Shown here: positions 54,954 to 62,350 of the stretch, piece by piece
How the letters are laid out: each line of letters opens with the position of its first letter
Position numbering within the stretch: position 1 is the first letter of the stretch
Origin: a virus
Direction: 5' to 3' (one strand)
Length of the DNA: 62,350 nt
IMG/VR virus record: IMGVR_UViG_3300017987_000016
The notes under the pieces: model-generated
The model's database searches: none
Seen by the model: the letters and a program-made list of their open reading frames with translations, nothing else
What the model was told of the DNA's origin: nothing
Made by a program: the position numbers and the translations under genes

Positions 54954-55310
54954 TTATAAAATTGCGCACCTTTCAAATTCTTCTACGGTTTTATAAAGCG
55001 CATTCTTGAATGTCAATTTCTCCCGCATTTCGTTTTTAATCAATTCATTTTCAGGACAAATACAACATCCCATGCCAATACCGAGCATGTGCGAAAATAG
55101 TTTTTTTAAAAATTCTTCTTTCCATCCAACGTTTTCACCTAAATCAATATATTTATTTGCGTGCAATACCAATCCACAATAATATTTACCGTCGATTTCC
55201 TCAAGTGCTTTACATGGGCGATGATCACCCAATAATGCAAGTCCGATCCCGCAAGGAATAGTCTTACAACATCTTCCACAATGAGTACATTTATCACCAT
55301 AGGCCATCAT
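54954..55310 (-). CDS. CxxCxxCC Fe-S/zinc-chelating domain protein (YkgJ/UPF0153-like)
   Basis: CTHCGRCCKTIPC ... CGL ... GCCICP. Confidence 0.5.
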   Translation of the reverse strand: MMAYGDKCTHCGRCCKTIPCGIGLALLGDHRPCKALEEIDGKYYCGLVLHANKYIDLGENVGWKEEFLKKLFSHMLGIGMGCCICPENELIKNEMREKLTFKNALYKTVEEFERCAIL

Positions 55311-55702
55311 GCGTCCTCAAATTCTTCTACTTCTTTCAACTTCTTTTCTAAATAAGTTTTAACCATTCTTAAATCATGGGTGGTTTGATTTCTTAATAAA
55401 GCCATTCGCTCATAAATATCTTTACCTTTAACTCGTTTAATGGCTTTTCTGTACTCTTCTTCATGGTTGCCATGAATTCCGTATCGATGTTCCCATTTAG
55501 TTAGGACTATTCCGTTTTCAAGTTCATATCTAAGTCTGTAGTTGGGTTTTCGGGCGATGTGATGAACATCTAAAACAGCTCCATTTTTGTCAGTCTGTTT
55601 ACCAGCAATTCCAGAAAGTTCAGACTTATAATCAGCTTTTATTAAAAGAATCTTACGCCAGAGTTCTTCACATTCTTTTTCAAGTCGTTTGCGTGGTGTC
55701 AT
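55307..55702 (-). CDS. NinG/HNH-like recombination nuclease candidate
   Basis: VLDVHHIARKPNYRLRYELENGIVLTKWEHRYGIHGNHEEEYRKAI. Confidence 0.4.
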   Translation of the reverse strand: MTPRKRLEKECEELWRKILLIKADYKSELSGIAGKQTDKNGAVLDVHHIARKPNYRLRYELENGIVLTKWEHRYGIHGNHEEEYRKAIKRVKGKDIYERMALLRNQTTHDLRMVKTYLEKKLKEVEEFEDA

Positions 55703-55820
55703 CTATTTCCTCAACTTCTTCCCAACAGACAGGACAAAAATTTGGTGGATAACAATCATGTAATCTCATGCCGTGCTTTCTCCATCCGTATACTAATTCG
55801 TGTTTTTCGCCGTTGGGCAT
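55680..55820 (-). CDS. Small Cys-containing protein (46 aa)
   Basis: MPNGEKHELVYGWRKHGMRLHDCYPPNFCPVCWEEVEEIDDTTQTT; hand translated. Confidence 0.35.
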   Translation of the reverse strand: MPNGEKHELVYGWRKHGMRLHDCYPPNFCPVCWEEVEEIDDTTQTT

Positions 55821-55830
55821 TTATACATGA

Positions 55831-56532
55831 TTACCTCAAATCTAAAACTTCTTGACTACATCTCTTTGCTGCAATTTCACAGTATTTTTCTTCTATCTCG
55901 ATACCGATACATTTACGGTTGAGTTGTTTGGCTGCTACACAGGTTGTGCCAGAACCAAGAAAGGGGTCGAGGATACAATCGCTTGGCGTTCTTTGCAAAA
56001 TAATCTTATATAGTTTCAATGGTTTTTGGGTTAAATGATATCTACCTTCTTTGAAGTTTGATTGTGGTCTCGGGACCGGCAAGACAGATGTATACCACAT
56101 TCCTTTTTCTCCCGCCTCGAGATCCGGCAATTCGCCTTTTCCCATAAAAAGAATTGGTTCGTGGCGATATGACCACGTTTTTCGTTTTAATTGCATTGAA
56201 TATCCATTTGGCCCCCACCAAATAAGAGTCTGGATATATTCAAAACCGATGGTCTCGAGTATTGATTTTGCCCTGTAAACTCCCTTATCAGAATGAGAAA
56301 TATAAAAATATCCATTTGAAATCAACTTAAATGCTTTTTCAAAAACATTTAAAAACCATTCCCAGTATTGATCGGGGTCTCGAGCATCATTAAATTTAGC
56401 CCCGTATTTTTTACCTAAATTATACGGTGGATCCGTAAGAATTAAATCACATTGCTCGAGATCCAACATGATCTCTAAACAATCGCCGTGATAAATCGTC
56501 ACCCAATCGTCTTTGTAATAAGGTTCAATCAT
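55831..56532 (-). CDS. DNA methyltransferase, N6-adenine/N4-cytosine type (beta-class motif order)
   Basis: LILTDPPYNLG then DPFLGSGTTCVAAKQLNRKCIGIEIEEKY. Confidence 0.85.
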   Translation of the reverse strand: MIEPYYKDDWVTIYHGDCLEIMLDLEQCDLILTDPPYNLGKKYGAKFNDARDPDQYWEWFLNVFEKAFKLISNGYFYISHSDKGVYRAKSILETIGFEYIQTLIWWGPNGYSMQLKRKTWSYRHEPILFMGKGELPDLEAGEKGMWYTSVLPVPRPQSNFKEGRYHLTQKPLKLYKIILQRTPSDCILDPFLGSGTTCVAAKQLNRKCIGIEIEEKYCEIAAKRCSQEVLDLR

Positions 56533-56687
56533 GTTTCCTCAAAAACAGGGATTAGCCAACGGCGCCAAATTGTTATTCGCCAATTTGCATTTGTCCCATG
56601 AACATATTCGTACATTTTTGAATAGCCATACTCACACTTAAAATCTTTCACGCTCCACCCGAAGATGAAGCGACGGAGGGCGGTCAT
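56529..56687 (-). CDS. Small protein (52 aa) translationally coupled to the methyltransferase
   Basis: MTALRRFIFGWSVKDFKCEYGYSKMYEYVHGTNANWRITIWRRWLIPVFEET; ATGA overlaps at both ends. Confidence 0.4.
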   Translation of the reverse strand: MTALRRFIFGWSVKDFKCEYGYSKMYEYVHGTNANWRITIWRRWLIPVFEET

Positions 56688-56947
56688 GGCATTTTTCCTG
56701 CTTCTTTTTGATATTGTTCAAATAATTTTTTGTTATGTTCGTTTTCATACCACTTGTTTACTTTTTCTTGGCCGTCCAAATGTACGATACCAATGAGTTC
56801 TCCAGGACAGAATCCCATACAATTCATGCCAATTACTAAATCCCCGTTTGATTCGATTGGAATGAATGTTGGCATTTCTTCTTGTGGGTTCCAAAATGTA
56901 ACGTCTAAAACCCATTTATCAAACATTGCCTTCATTGCGTTTCCCAT
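56684..56947 (-). CDS. Hypothetical protein (87 aa)
   Basis: ORF track. Confidence 0.45.
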   Translation of the reverse strand: MGNAMKAMFDKWVLDVTFWNPQEEMPTFIPIESNGDLVIGMNCMGFCPGELIGIVHLDGQEKVNKWYENEHNKKLFEQYQKEAGKMP

Positions 56948-57398
56948 TGTTCTCCCTCGTCTGAAAAAATCCCCTTAACTTCGGTTCGTTTTCCATGATT
57001 AATCTTGCGTAAAAAGGTGTAAAATTATTGTTCAGTTTAAAGTCGTCGCTGATAGTTCCAACCTTCTGATCCCAGCGTATAGATTCAAAGATTGCTTTCA
57101 TTCCGTGGTGTCGGTGACCGGCGTGCCAAAGCTTCCAAGTCTTTTCAAGGATGATTCTGTAAACGTGCGGATTCTCTCGATGGAATTTCAGGAACTTTTC
57201 TTCGGCACGGGCCTTTCGTTCTTCTTCAATCTGTCTGCGTCTTGCCTCACGTCTCAGTCTATCGCACCGCTCCTCACAGTCGGGATGAATCTCTCGTTTG
57301 CCGTGAAAACCTTCAAGGCTCCGGCCACAACCACATTTGCATTTGCGGACTTTCTTGCCAGTATCAAACAATGTCGGTGTCTCTACCACAAAAGTCAT
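56919..57398 (-). CDS. Hypothetical protein with N-terminal Cys cluster (159 aa)
   Basis: CKCGCG ... HPDCEERC; C-terminal NPHVYRIILEKTWKLWHAGH...NNNFTPFYARLI. Confidence 0.45.
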   Translation of the reverse strand: MTFVVETPTLFDTGKKVRKCKCGCGRSLEGFHGKREIHPDCEERCDRLRREARRRQIEEERKARAEEKFLKFHRENPHVYRIILEKTWKLWHAGHRHHGMKAIFESIRWDQKVGTISDDFKLNNNFTPFYARLIMENEPKLRGFFQTRENNGKRNEGNV

Positions 57399-57476
57399 TT
57401 TAAACCGCTTAACTTAGCGTCTACGGGATTTTATTTTTTAAAATGTTGCTGAGGCTGTTCATTTTTTAAAATGCCG

Positions 57477-57689
57477 TTATTTGGTGTTTTTAGGGCTTTG
57501 GGATGACGCTTCTATTTCTCTATCCCTGTCATCCAATAAATCCCGGAGCAAACCCTCCCACCCACAGGTTCTATCGTGTTTTTCAATTCGGCCAGAATCT
57601 ATTATGCTTGTATTTACATAAACTGTATAATCATAATTTGCAATTCTATTATTTCCAGTTCCATCATTATGAAAAGCGATTATCAACAT
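57477..57689 (-). CDS. Hypothetical protein (70 aa from ATG 57689)
   Basis: GAAAGGAAAGAAC before the ATG; MLIIAFHNDGTGNN... Confidence 0.4.
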   Translation of the reverse strand: MLIIAFHNDGTGNNRIANYDYTVYVNTSIIDSGRIEKHDRTCGWEGLLRDLLDDRDREIEASSQSPKNTK

Positions 57690-57700
57690 GTTCTTTCCTT

Positions 57701-57883
57701 TCACATACCGTCTGATTCCCGTTCTTCCCAATGCCATCCCTGTAGCCAGGCTTGATATTCGATTGAATTTATATCATGATGAGGATTGTCTTTTTCAGAT
57801 TTACCAAAACGATAAGCATCTCTGCCCTGTTGAACGCATTCCCGCCATATGATAAGTTCTGTTTCGGTAAGCTCTGCGCTCAT
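57701..57883 (-). CDS. Small protein with ribosome-modulation-factor-like motif
   Basis: QQGRDAYRFGKSEKDNPHHDINSIEYQAWLQGW resembles the Rmf pattern G(Y/R).A...G....NP......W..GW. Confidence 0.3.
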   Translation of the reverse strand: MSAELTETELIIWRECVQQGRDAYRFGKSEKDNPHHDINSIEYQAWLQGWHWEERESDGM

Positions 57884-58266
57884 TTCTCCTCCAAATGCCT
57901 ATAAATAGATTGGAGTCCGTTAAGTTCTGCGGTAAGTGCTTTCATACCATTAATGGCGGTTGTATATTGATTGATTGCAAGCTGTTCAGCTAATTTTTCT
58001 TTCCAACAAATCCCACGTGCGAGATTATCTGTAATTGAAACGGACGGGTTTTTTATCTTAACGTCGTCGAGTTCAAATTCAACACCGTTTCTGAGTTGCA
58101 TTATAACCTTAGCGCGTTCTTTCCGGTAGTCACTTATTGCCTTAGCACTTGCGTCACCACGCTTCTTGAGTTCGGCGCGCCCACGTTCAAGCTGTCGGAT
58201 TTTCTCGTCTATTCTTTCTGCTATTTCAATGACATCCACTTTTTCGGCTCCGGTATTAATGACCAT
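57880..58266 (-). CDS. Coiled-coil protein (128 aa), Gp157/Gam-like position next to the recombinase candidate
   Basis: ORF track; heptad-rich. Confidence 0.35.
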   Translation of the reverse strand: MVINTGAEKVDVIEIAERIDEKIRQLERGRAELKKRGDASAKAISDYRKERAKVIMQLRNGVEFELDDVKIKNPSVSITDNLARGICWKEKLAEQLAINQYTTAINGMKALTAELNGLQSIYRHLEEK

Positions 58267-58409
58267 TGGCCTGGCAAATTATCAATTTTCATCCCATTAA
58301 TTCTATATGCAGGATAGGCAATTCCATTTGGGCCAATTTGACAAATTACAGGATATTGAAATCTTACACTGTCTTTATACCAATAATAACGGCCTTCAAT
58401 GAGTTCCAT
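58221..58409 (-). CDS. Hypothetical protein (62 aa)
   Basis: ORF track. Confidence 0.4.
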   Translation of the reverse strand: MELIEGRYYWYKDSVRFQYPVICQIGPNGIAYPAYRINGMKIDNLPGQWSLIPEPKKWMSLK

Positions 58410-58500
58410 TTTTTACTCCTCATTTATACTCGAATTCCATTTTAGTGTATCTTTTGACTTCCCATAAAATAGTGTTTTCCATCTTGTCCTCCTTACCTCC

Positions 58501-58579
58501 CCACCGGCCCACAAACCTACTGCTTTTAGTCAAACCTCCTCACCGGTGGACTGTCAGTAGATTTTAAGTGGGCCGGTGG
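58501..58579. repeat. GC-rich nested palindromic element (12-bp perfect inverted repeat, inner 6-bp inverted repeat, central 8-bp palindrome)
   Basis: ccaccggcccac (58501..58512) / gtgggccggtgg (58568..58579); ctactg/cagtag; caccggtg at 58541..58548; CCACCGG/CCGGTGG motif recurs. Confidence 0.85.
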
Positions 58580-58584
58580 CATTC

Positions 58585-59352
58585 TCATTTCGCCGTCGTT
58601 GCTTTCTCAAAATCTTCGACCTTGTGGCATATCTTCATCCACATTTGGTCTATCTGTCCGTTAGTCAGGTCGTTGAACATTTTCTTTCCAGTAATATCAA
58701 GGTCTTTCAACAAGGCTATGAATAGCTTTTGTGCGCCCTCGTCCGATTCATTGGCTTTTGCGAGAAAATAATTGTGCATTCGCTTGGCGAATTTCTTGTG
58801 TTCTGTGTCGAATTTTTTCTCTGGTTTCTTCTTGGGTGGTGATTCAAACCCATTTGGAGGAACTTCTTCGGCTGGTGTCGCTTCGAGTCCGGCGAGGGTC
58901 GCCAGAAACGAAAGGCCAATACGATATGCCTTTGCTACAGCCCTTGTCTGTGCCATTGACTTGATAGCGTATTCGTCGGCGTAGTTCCATCGCTTCTCAG
59001 CGTTTGAGCAAATCGCTTCTGCGGAAGTGACCACGTTTCCGTCTCGGCGTACCTCAACTTTGGCGAGATAGAGATATTCTCCATTGTCTCTATCAACTCG
59101 TTCTGCCGATAGAATAACGGGGAAAAGATTAAGAACGGCCCCTACCGTTGTCCACCATTCAACTTTTGGATAATCCCTACCTTTAATTTTACATACGAAT
59201 TTTGGTCCTACACATCTCGATGAAACGGCCCTTACCAAAGCTTCGGCCTGTTCAATGGCAATGAGAGGGTCATCCGCAAAAACACCGTGTTGAAGTGCGG
59301 GCAATTCTTGTGTTGCTGGCAAAATTTCTTCTGTAGTTTCTACGTCTTTCAT
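58585..59352 (-). CDS. Single-strand annealing protein candidate (RecT/Red-beta/ERF-like)
   Basis: EYAIKSMAQTRAVAKAYRIGLSFL...GLEATPAEE pattern and early-region context. Confidence 0.4.
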   Translation of the reverse strand: MKDVETTEEILPATQELPALQHGVFADDPLIAIEQAEALVRAVSSRCVGPKFVCKIKGRDYPKVEWWTTVGAVLNLFPVILSAERVDRDNGEYLYLAKVEVRRDGNVVTSAEAICSNAEKRWNYADEYAIKSMAQTRAVAKAYRIGLSFLATLAGLEATPAEEVPPNGFESPPKKKPEKKFDTEHKKFAKRMHNYFLAKANESDEGAQKLFIALLKDLDITGKKMFNDLTNGQIDQMWMKICHKVEDFEKATTAK

Positions 59353-59426
59353 TTTCTTTTCCCTCCAAGATATTATCCCCGACCCCCTATCTTGAGAGGG
59401 AGAGACAGGAGGCCGGAGAAGTGATG

Positions 59427-59978
59427 TTATATATAAATTCCCGTATGTTCTCCCGCAAAGTGTCTCTCGGCGACACCCTCCAAAGTATCTAATGTTAATT
59501 GGTTTTCGCGGATTTCTTTTTCGAGCTTCGCCCGCACTTTATTAATCCATTTTTCTTTTGCTAATTTTACTATTTCGGGCCAAGGCTTTAAGCTTTCCCC
59601 CCATCGGCCAAGGAGATATTCTTTGCTATCATCTGTGACTCCGACAAGAATCGGATCGGGATCGTTTTCAAACTCGGTCCAGACAACAAACTTCTTGAAA
59701 TATCCTTTTTCTTCTGCGAGTTTCACGACACCAAGAATTTGCAGAGGGATGAGACCTGCATCATAATCATCCAAACTTTTCTTCCCTGGACAATAGGCCC
59801 TCCAAATTGTTTTAATGTTTGGCTCCATTTTTTGAAATGGAATAATGGAGTCCTCTGGCGATTCGCTAATAAGTTTTTTTTGTCCCTCAAGACCAAGCTC
59901 CTCCACCAACTCTTTGTATTCTTGATCTACTTCTGGCTGAACGCCGATGCCTTTTTCTTGATAAATTTCGACTTCCAT
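59427..59978 (-). CDS. Hypothetical protein (183 aa from ATG 59978)
   Basis: AAGGAGGGAATAAAA before the ATG; MEVEIYQEKGIGVQ... Confidence 0.5.
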   Translation of the reverse strand: MEVEIYQEKGIGVQPEVDQEYKELVEELGLEGQKKLISESPEDSIIPFQKMEPNIKTIWRAYCPGKKSLDDYDAGLIPLQILGVVKLAEEKGYFKKFVVWTEFENDPDPILVGVTDDSKEYLLGRWGESLKPWPEIVKLAKEKWINKVRAKLEKEIRENQLTLDTLEGVAERHFAGEHTGIYI

Positions 59979-60150
59979 TTTTATTCCCTCCTTTAATATG
60001 ACCAAGCAGAGATCAGACAATCTGTATGACTCATTGATATGTGAAGGTCTTGCACCTTCCTGGGGGCTACCATCTTTAGTTGTCGCCAACTAAAAACCTG
60101 TAAGGCGTCCAAGTGTATTACAGCCGACATATAACGAGGCGTTTTCATCA

Positions 60151-60504
60151 TCATCGCTCTGCTTGGCCTTTCCCATCTTCATGACACTGTTGGACGCCTA
60201 TGCTTAAAAGTCGTTCTTCGGCGTCAAGCCGTGCATCTTCTTCTTCGGTATTATAAGGAAGTTTCTGTTTGTACCGGATTTCATTCAATTTCTTGATGTT
60301 GCCTTGCTCGTGTTCTATCATTCTCCATGTGGTTTCGGGTGCCGTTATTGATCCATTGGTGATTTCAATGCTCTGTATGAGTTGTTCTAAGTTGATGATT
60401 CGCAATCGCGCGGCGGTCAATTTGTTCTGCATGTCAAGAGATTGAATAATGACTCGCTCAGTTTCCTGTTGTATGACTTTGCGTACTTTCTCTGTTATTT
60501 CCAT
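60151..60504 (-). CDS. Hypothetical coiled-coil protein (117 aa)
   Basis: ORF track. Confidence 0.5.
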   Translation of the reverse strand: MEITEKVRKVIQQETERVIIQSLDMQNKLTAARLRIINLEQLIQSIEITNGSITAPETTWRMIEHEQGNIKKLNEIRYKQKLPYNTEEEDARLDAEERLLSIGVQQCHEDGKGQAER

Positions 60505-60514
60505 GGCTCCCTCC

Positions 60515-61285
60515 TCATTTCAATTTCTTCAATTTTGTATCTTTGTTTGGTGTTATAATGATCACACTATCACCCGAATATTCAATAACAAGCGATTTAT
60601 CGTATTGATTATTAACCTTGACAGTTTTATTATATTTTTTGACCTGGGAGCTTCCCCCCATCACGCCGACCTGGGAGCTTTCCCTCATCTCGCCGACCTG
60701 GGAGCTCCCCCACATCTCGCCGACCTGGGAGCTTTCCCTCATCTCGCCGACCTGGGAGCTCCCCCACATCTCGCCGACCTGGGAGCCTCCCCTCATCACG
60801 CCGACCTGGGAGCTTTCCCCCATCACGCCGACCTGGGAGCTTTCCCCCATCACGCCGACCCGGGAGCTTCCCCCCATCACGCCGACCCGGGAGCTTCCCC
60901 CCATCACGCCGACCCGGGAGCTTTGCATCCGATTTATAATTACATTTTTTGCGAATCGTATGTGTTGATTAATTAACTCGTCAATTTTTTGATCCATTAA
61001 AAACGTCTTTTTGAAAACTTTTTTAATGGCTTTTTTCATTTCCTGTTCTGCGAATTTCTCATTAAACCATTCTGGTCGATAATCTTGGTCAACCTTAAGT
61101 TTCCAGTTTTTTATGTCGTGGTTGAAAATGTCATTATCTTGTGGGAGTAGCTCAACACGCACAAAATCAGGATCATGGGTATTGTCGTTCAATTTATATT
61201 TGCGGATAAGCTCCTCATGGGAATCATTATAATAATCCCATAGGGTTTTCTCGCGTGTGATGATTCCGCTAAAAAATTGACACAT
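60515..61285 (-). CDS. Protein with about 130-aa N-terminal domain followed by 10.5 nonapeptide repeats (GVMGGSSQV-type)
   Basis: MCQFFSGIITREKTLWDYYNDSHEELI... then SSRVGVMGG x3, SSQVGVMGE x2, SQVGEMWGS / SQVGEMRES alternating. Confidence 0.6.
   Translation of the reverse strand: MCQFFSGIITREKTLWDYYNDSHEELIRKYKLNDNTHDPDFVRVELLPQDNDIFNHDIKNWKLKVDQDYRPEWFNEKFAEQEMKKAIKKVFKKTFLMDQKIDELINQHIRFAKNVIINRMQSSRVGVMGGSSRVGVMGGSSRVGVMGESSQVGVMGESSQVGVMRGGSQVGEMWGSSQVGEMRESSQVGEMWGSSQVGEMRESSQVGVMGGSSQVKKYNKTVKVNNQYDKSLVIEYSGDSVIIITPNKDTKLKKLK
60641..60924. repeat. Tandem repeat, 27-nt unit x 10 plus a partial 11th, in frame inside 60515..61285
   Basis: Units start at 60641, 60668, 60695 ... 60911 (gacctgggagcttccccccatcacgcc and variants); units 2-3 = 4-5, 7 = 8, 9 = 10. 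Confidence 0.95.
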
Positions 61286-61294
61286 GGCTCCCTC

Positions 61295-61561
61295 CTAAAC
61301 TTTAAAATCTTCGCTTTCATCCGAAGCGTTCTGTCCGGTGCATTGAGTACAAAGACCCGTCCGCTTAAAGATTTGATCATTGTGTCGATTCTCAAAACAC
61401 TGAGGACATATTTCGGCTATATTGCCGAGTACTCGTTTGATGGCGCGCATAGATTCTTTATCAAGATCGCTGTGATGTTTAAGCCAAATTCTATATAAAG
61501 CCCTCCGCGCAAGAAATCTCTCCTCTGCATCCGGCACTGTCATTGGTATTTCAACCATCAT
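61295..61561 (-). CDS. Zinc-ribbon protein (88 aa)
   Basis: CPQC ... CTQC. Confidence 0.5.
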   Translation of the reverse strand: MMVEIPMTVPDAEERFLARRALYRIWLKHHSDLDKESMRAIKRVLGNIAEICPQCFENRHNDQIFKRTGLCTQCTGQNASDESEDFKV

Positions 61562-61709
61562 AACCCCCTCTTTCTTAAATAGATTGTAAAATGTTTCCGC
61601 TCTCTCCGGATCCGGAATCGTGATAGATAATCAATCCACTTTCCCCAAATCCCAATCAAGAAGATTTGGGAGATTGGAGTTCTGTAGCAGGTGATAAGCA
61701 TTGATCCCC

Positions 61710-62213
61710 TCACGCCGGCACACAATTTGGACATGAAAACGGAAATCCAGCGCAGGTTCTCCAAGAACCACAAAGTGCCTTATAATATTTTTCACAATGC
61801 TTGAATGTGTTCTCAGTAAAAACGCAACCCACCATGTCGATGATGAAGTTCTTTGCTTTCTGCTCTGACATGGCGTTAATGGTATCGGTGTATGTGCCGG
61901 AACTGAATCCGTAATTATCATAAACCGTTCTCTTTATCCCCGCCGATACCTTTTCTTGATCGTGCATGAAAACACGCTGAACAATCTTAGAAATCCAATC
62001 CTTCGCTTCCCCCTCTGTCATACTGTTGACATCTTCTAAAAACTTATCCCAATAGCATGGGGTGTAGTGATAAACAGTTTTCGTCGGATTCTCGATTCGT
62101 TCGGATTGTTCTGTTTTGGTGGGCGATTTTAAACAGGCAACCAAAGCACCAAAAACAGTAGCCAGTGATCCCTCTAAAAGGTTCTTGATGAATTCACGTC
62201 GACTTTCTTTCAA
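61710..62213 (-). CDS. Predicted Tat-exported lipoprotein (167 aa)
   Basis: TTG start 6 nt after AAGGAG; MKESRREFIKNLLEGSLATVFGALVAC = twin-arginine motif SRREFIK plus lipobox LVAC. Confidence 0.55.
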   Translation of the reverse strand: MKESRREFIKNLLEGSLATVFGALVACLKSPTKTEQSERIENPTKTVYHYTPCYWDKFLEDVNSMTEGEAKDWISKIVQRVFMHDQEKVSAGIKRTVYDNYGFSSGTYTDTINAMSEQKAKNFIIDMVGCVFTENTFKHCEKYYKALCGSWRTCAGFPFSCPNCVPA

Positions 62214-62223
62214 AACATTCTCC

Positions 62224-62350
62224 TTATATTGTAAACTTGATTAGAAGTAATAAAAATGCCAAAATCCATAAGGTTAGCTGGCCGGCCCGTGCAACAACTC
62301 CCATATCAATAAGTAATTGTGAATGAATGTGTCCCCTTTCTTCGTTCCAG
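62224..62350 (-). CDS. 3' end of the wrap-around gene listed at 1..344 (same gene, second copy of the overlap)
   Basis: Frame continues ...KFT-ATA-TAA with the stop at 62224..62226. Confidence 0.6.
   Translation of the reverse strand, partial: WNEERGHIHSQLLIDMGVVARAGQLTLWILAFLLLLIKFTI
62228..62350. repeat. Terminal direct repeat copy 2
   Basis: Identical to 1..123. Confidence 0.95.

Noticed and set aside
60641-60924. The regular 27-nt repeats looked like a possible CRISPR array
   Set aside because: The units are directly adjacent with no spacers. The period is a multiple of three, and the array lies in frame inside a long ORF co-oriented with its neighbours. No cas genes are present.
60449-60976. 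Plus-strand ORFs 60449..60976 and 60618..60968 across the repeat
   Set aside because: Open frames on both strands are a by-product of the stop-free repeat unit. Only the minus-strand ORF has a start context and matches the operon orientation.
61562-61773. Overlapping track ORFs 61558..61773 and 61631..61921, and the 12-bp palindrome tccggatccgga at 61605..61616
   Set aside because: I cannot decide which frame is real in this 150-nt stretch. A short GTG-started ORF ending at 61631 is possible but unsupported, and the palindrome alone is too short to interpret.

Overview
The window is a complete temperate tailed-phage genome, most likely a metagenome-assembled circular contig. The first 123 nt are repeated verbatim as the last 123 nt, giving a unit length of 62227 bp, and one ORF only closes across that junction. 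Almost all genes are on the minus strand, tightly packed and often joined by ATGA or TAATG overlaps. Many have AGGAGG-like ribosome-binding sites.

Layout:
- **Lysogeny module (about 1..4000):** a plus-strand HTH repressor candidate, a class I SAM methyltransferase, a tyrosine integrase and an attP. The attP is built on the 3' half of a tRNA-Lys(UUU) flanked by phased arm-type repeats.
- **Cargo cluster (4181..7001):** small membrane proteins, a zinc-ribbon metallophosphoesterase, a DUF3310 protein and a very short C5-methyltransferase-like protein.
- **Lysis cassette (7416..8595):** holin candidate, M15 peptidase endolysin and a spanin-like protein.
- **Virion module (8609..39740):** terS, terL, portal, scaffold, capsid, beta-helix spikes, a 1070-aa fibre with a peptidase S74 chaperone domain, and a 2116-aa giant protein. 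No tape measure, tube or sheath was recognised, so the virion looks podovirus-like.
- **Plus-strand island (40016..42143):** GC-richer, with a DUF3560 protein and its own terminator.
- **Early region (42343..62213):** a GT-C-like membrane protein, zinc ribbons, an RyR-domain protein, a replication-organiser set, a DUF1376-HNH fusion, an N6/N4 DNA methyltransferase, an annealing-protein candidate, a nonapeptide tandem-repeat protein and a Tat-signal lipoprotein.

Most unusual observations:
- Nine proteins carry near-identical Sec-type signal peptides, including the tail fibre and the spike-like proteins.
- A perfect 21-bp inverted repeat brackets one ORF directly upstream of the fibre gene.
- The attP has a detailed arm-repeat architecture.
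- A 27-nt x 10.5 in-frame tandem repeat lies in an early gene.
- Gene-junction sequences are duplicated repeatedly.
- A GC-rich nested palindrome sits next to the annealing-protein candidate.

All functional calls come from motif reading by eye. No database search was run.
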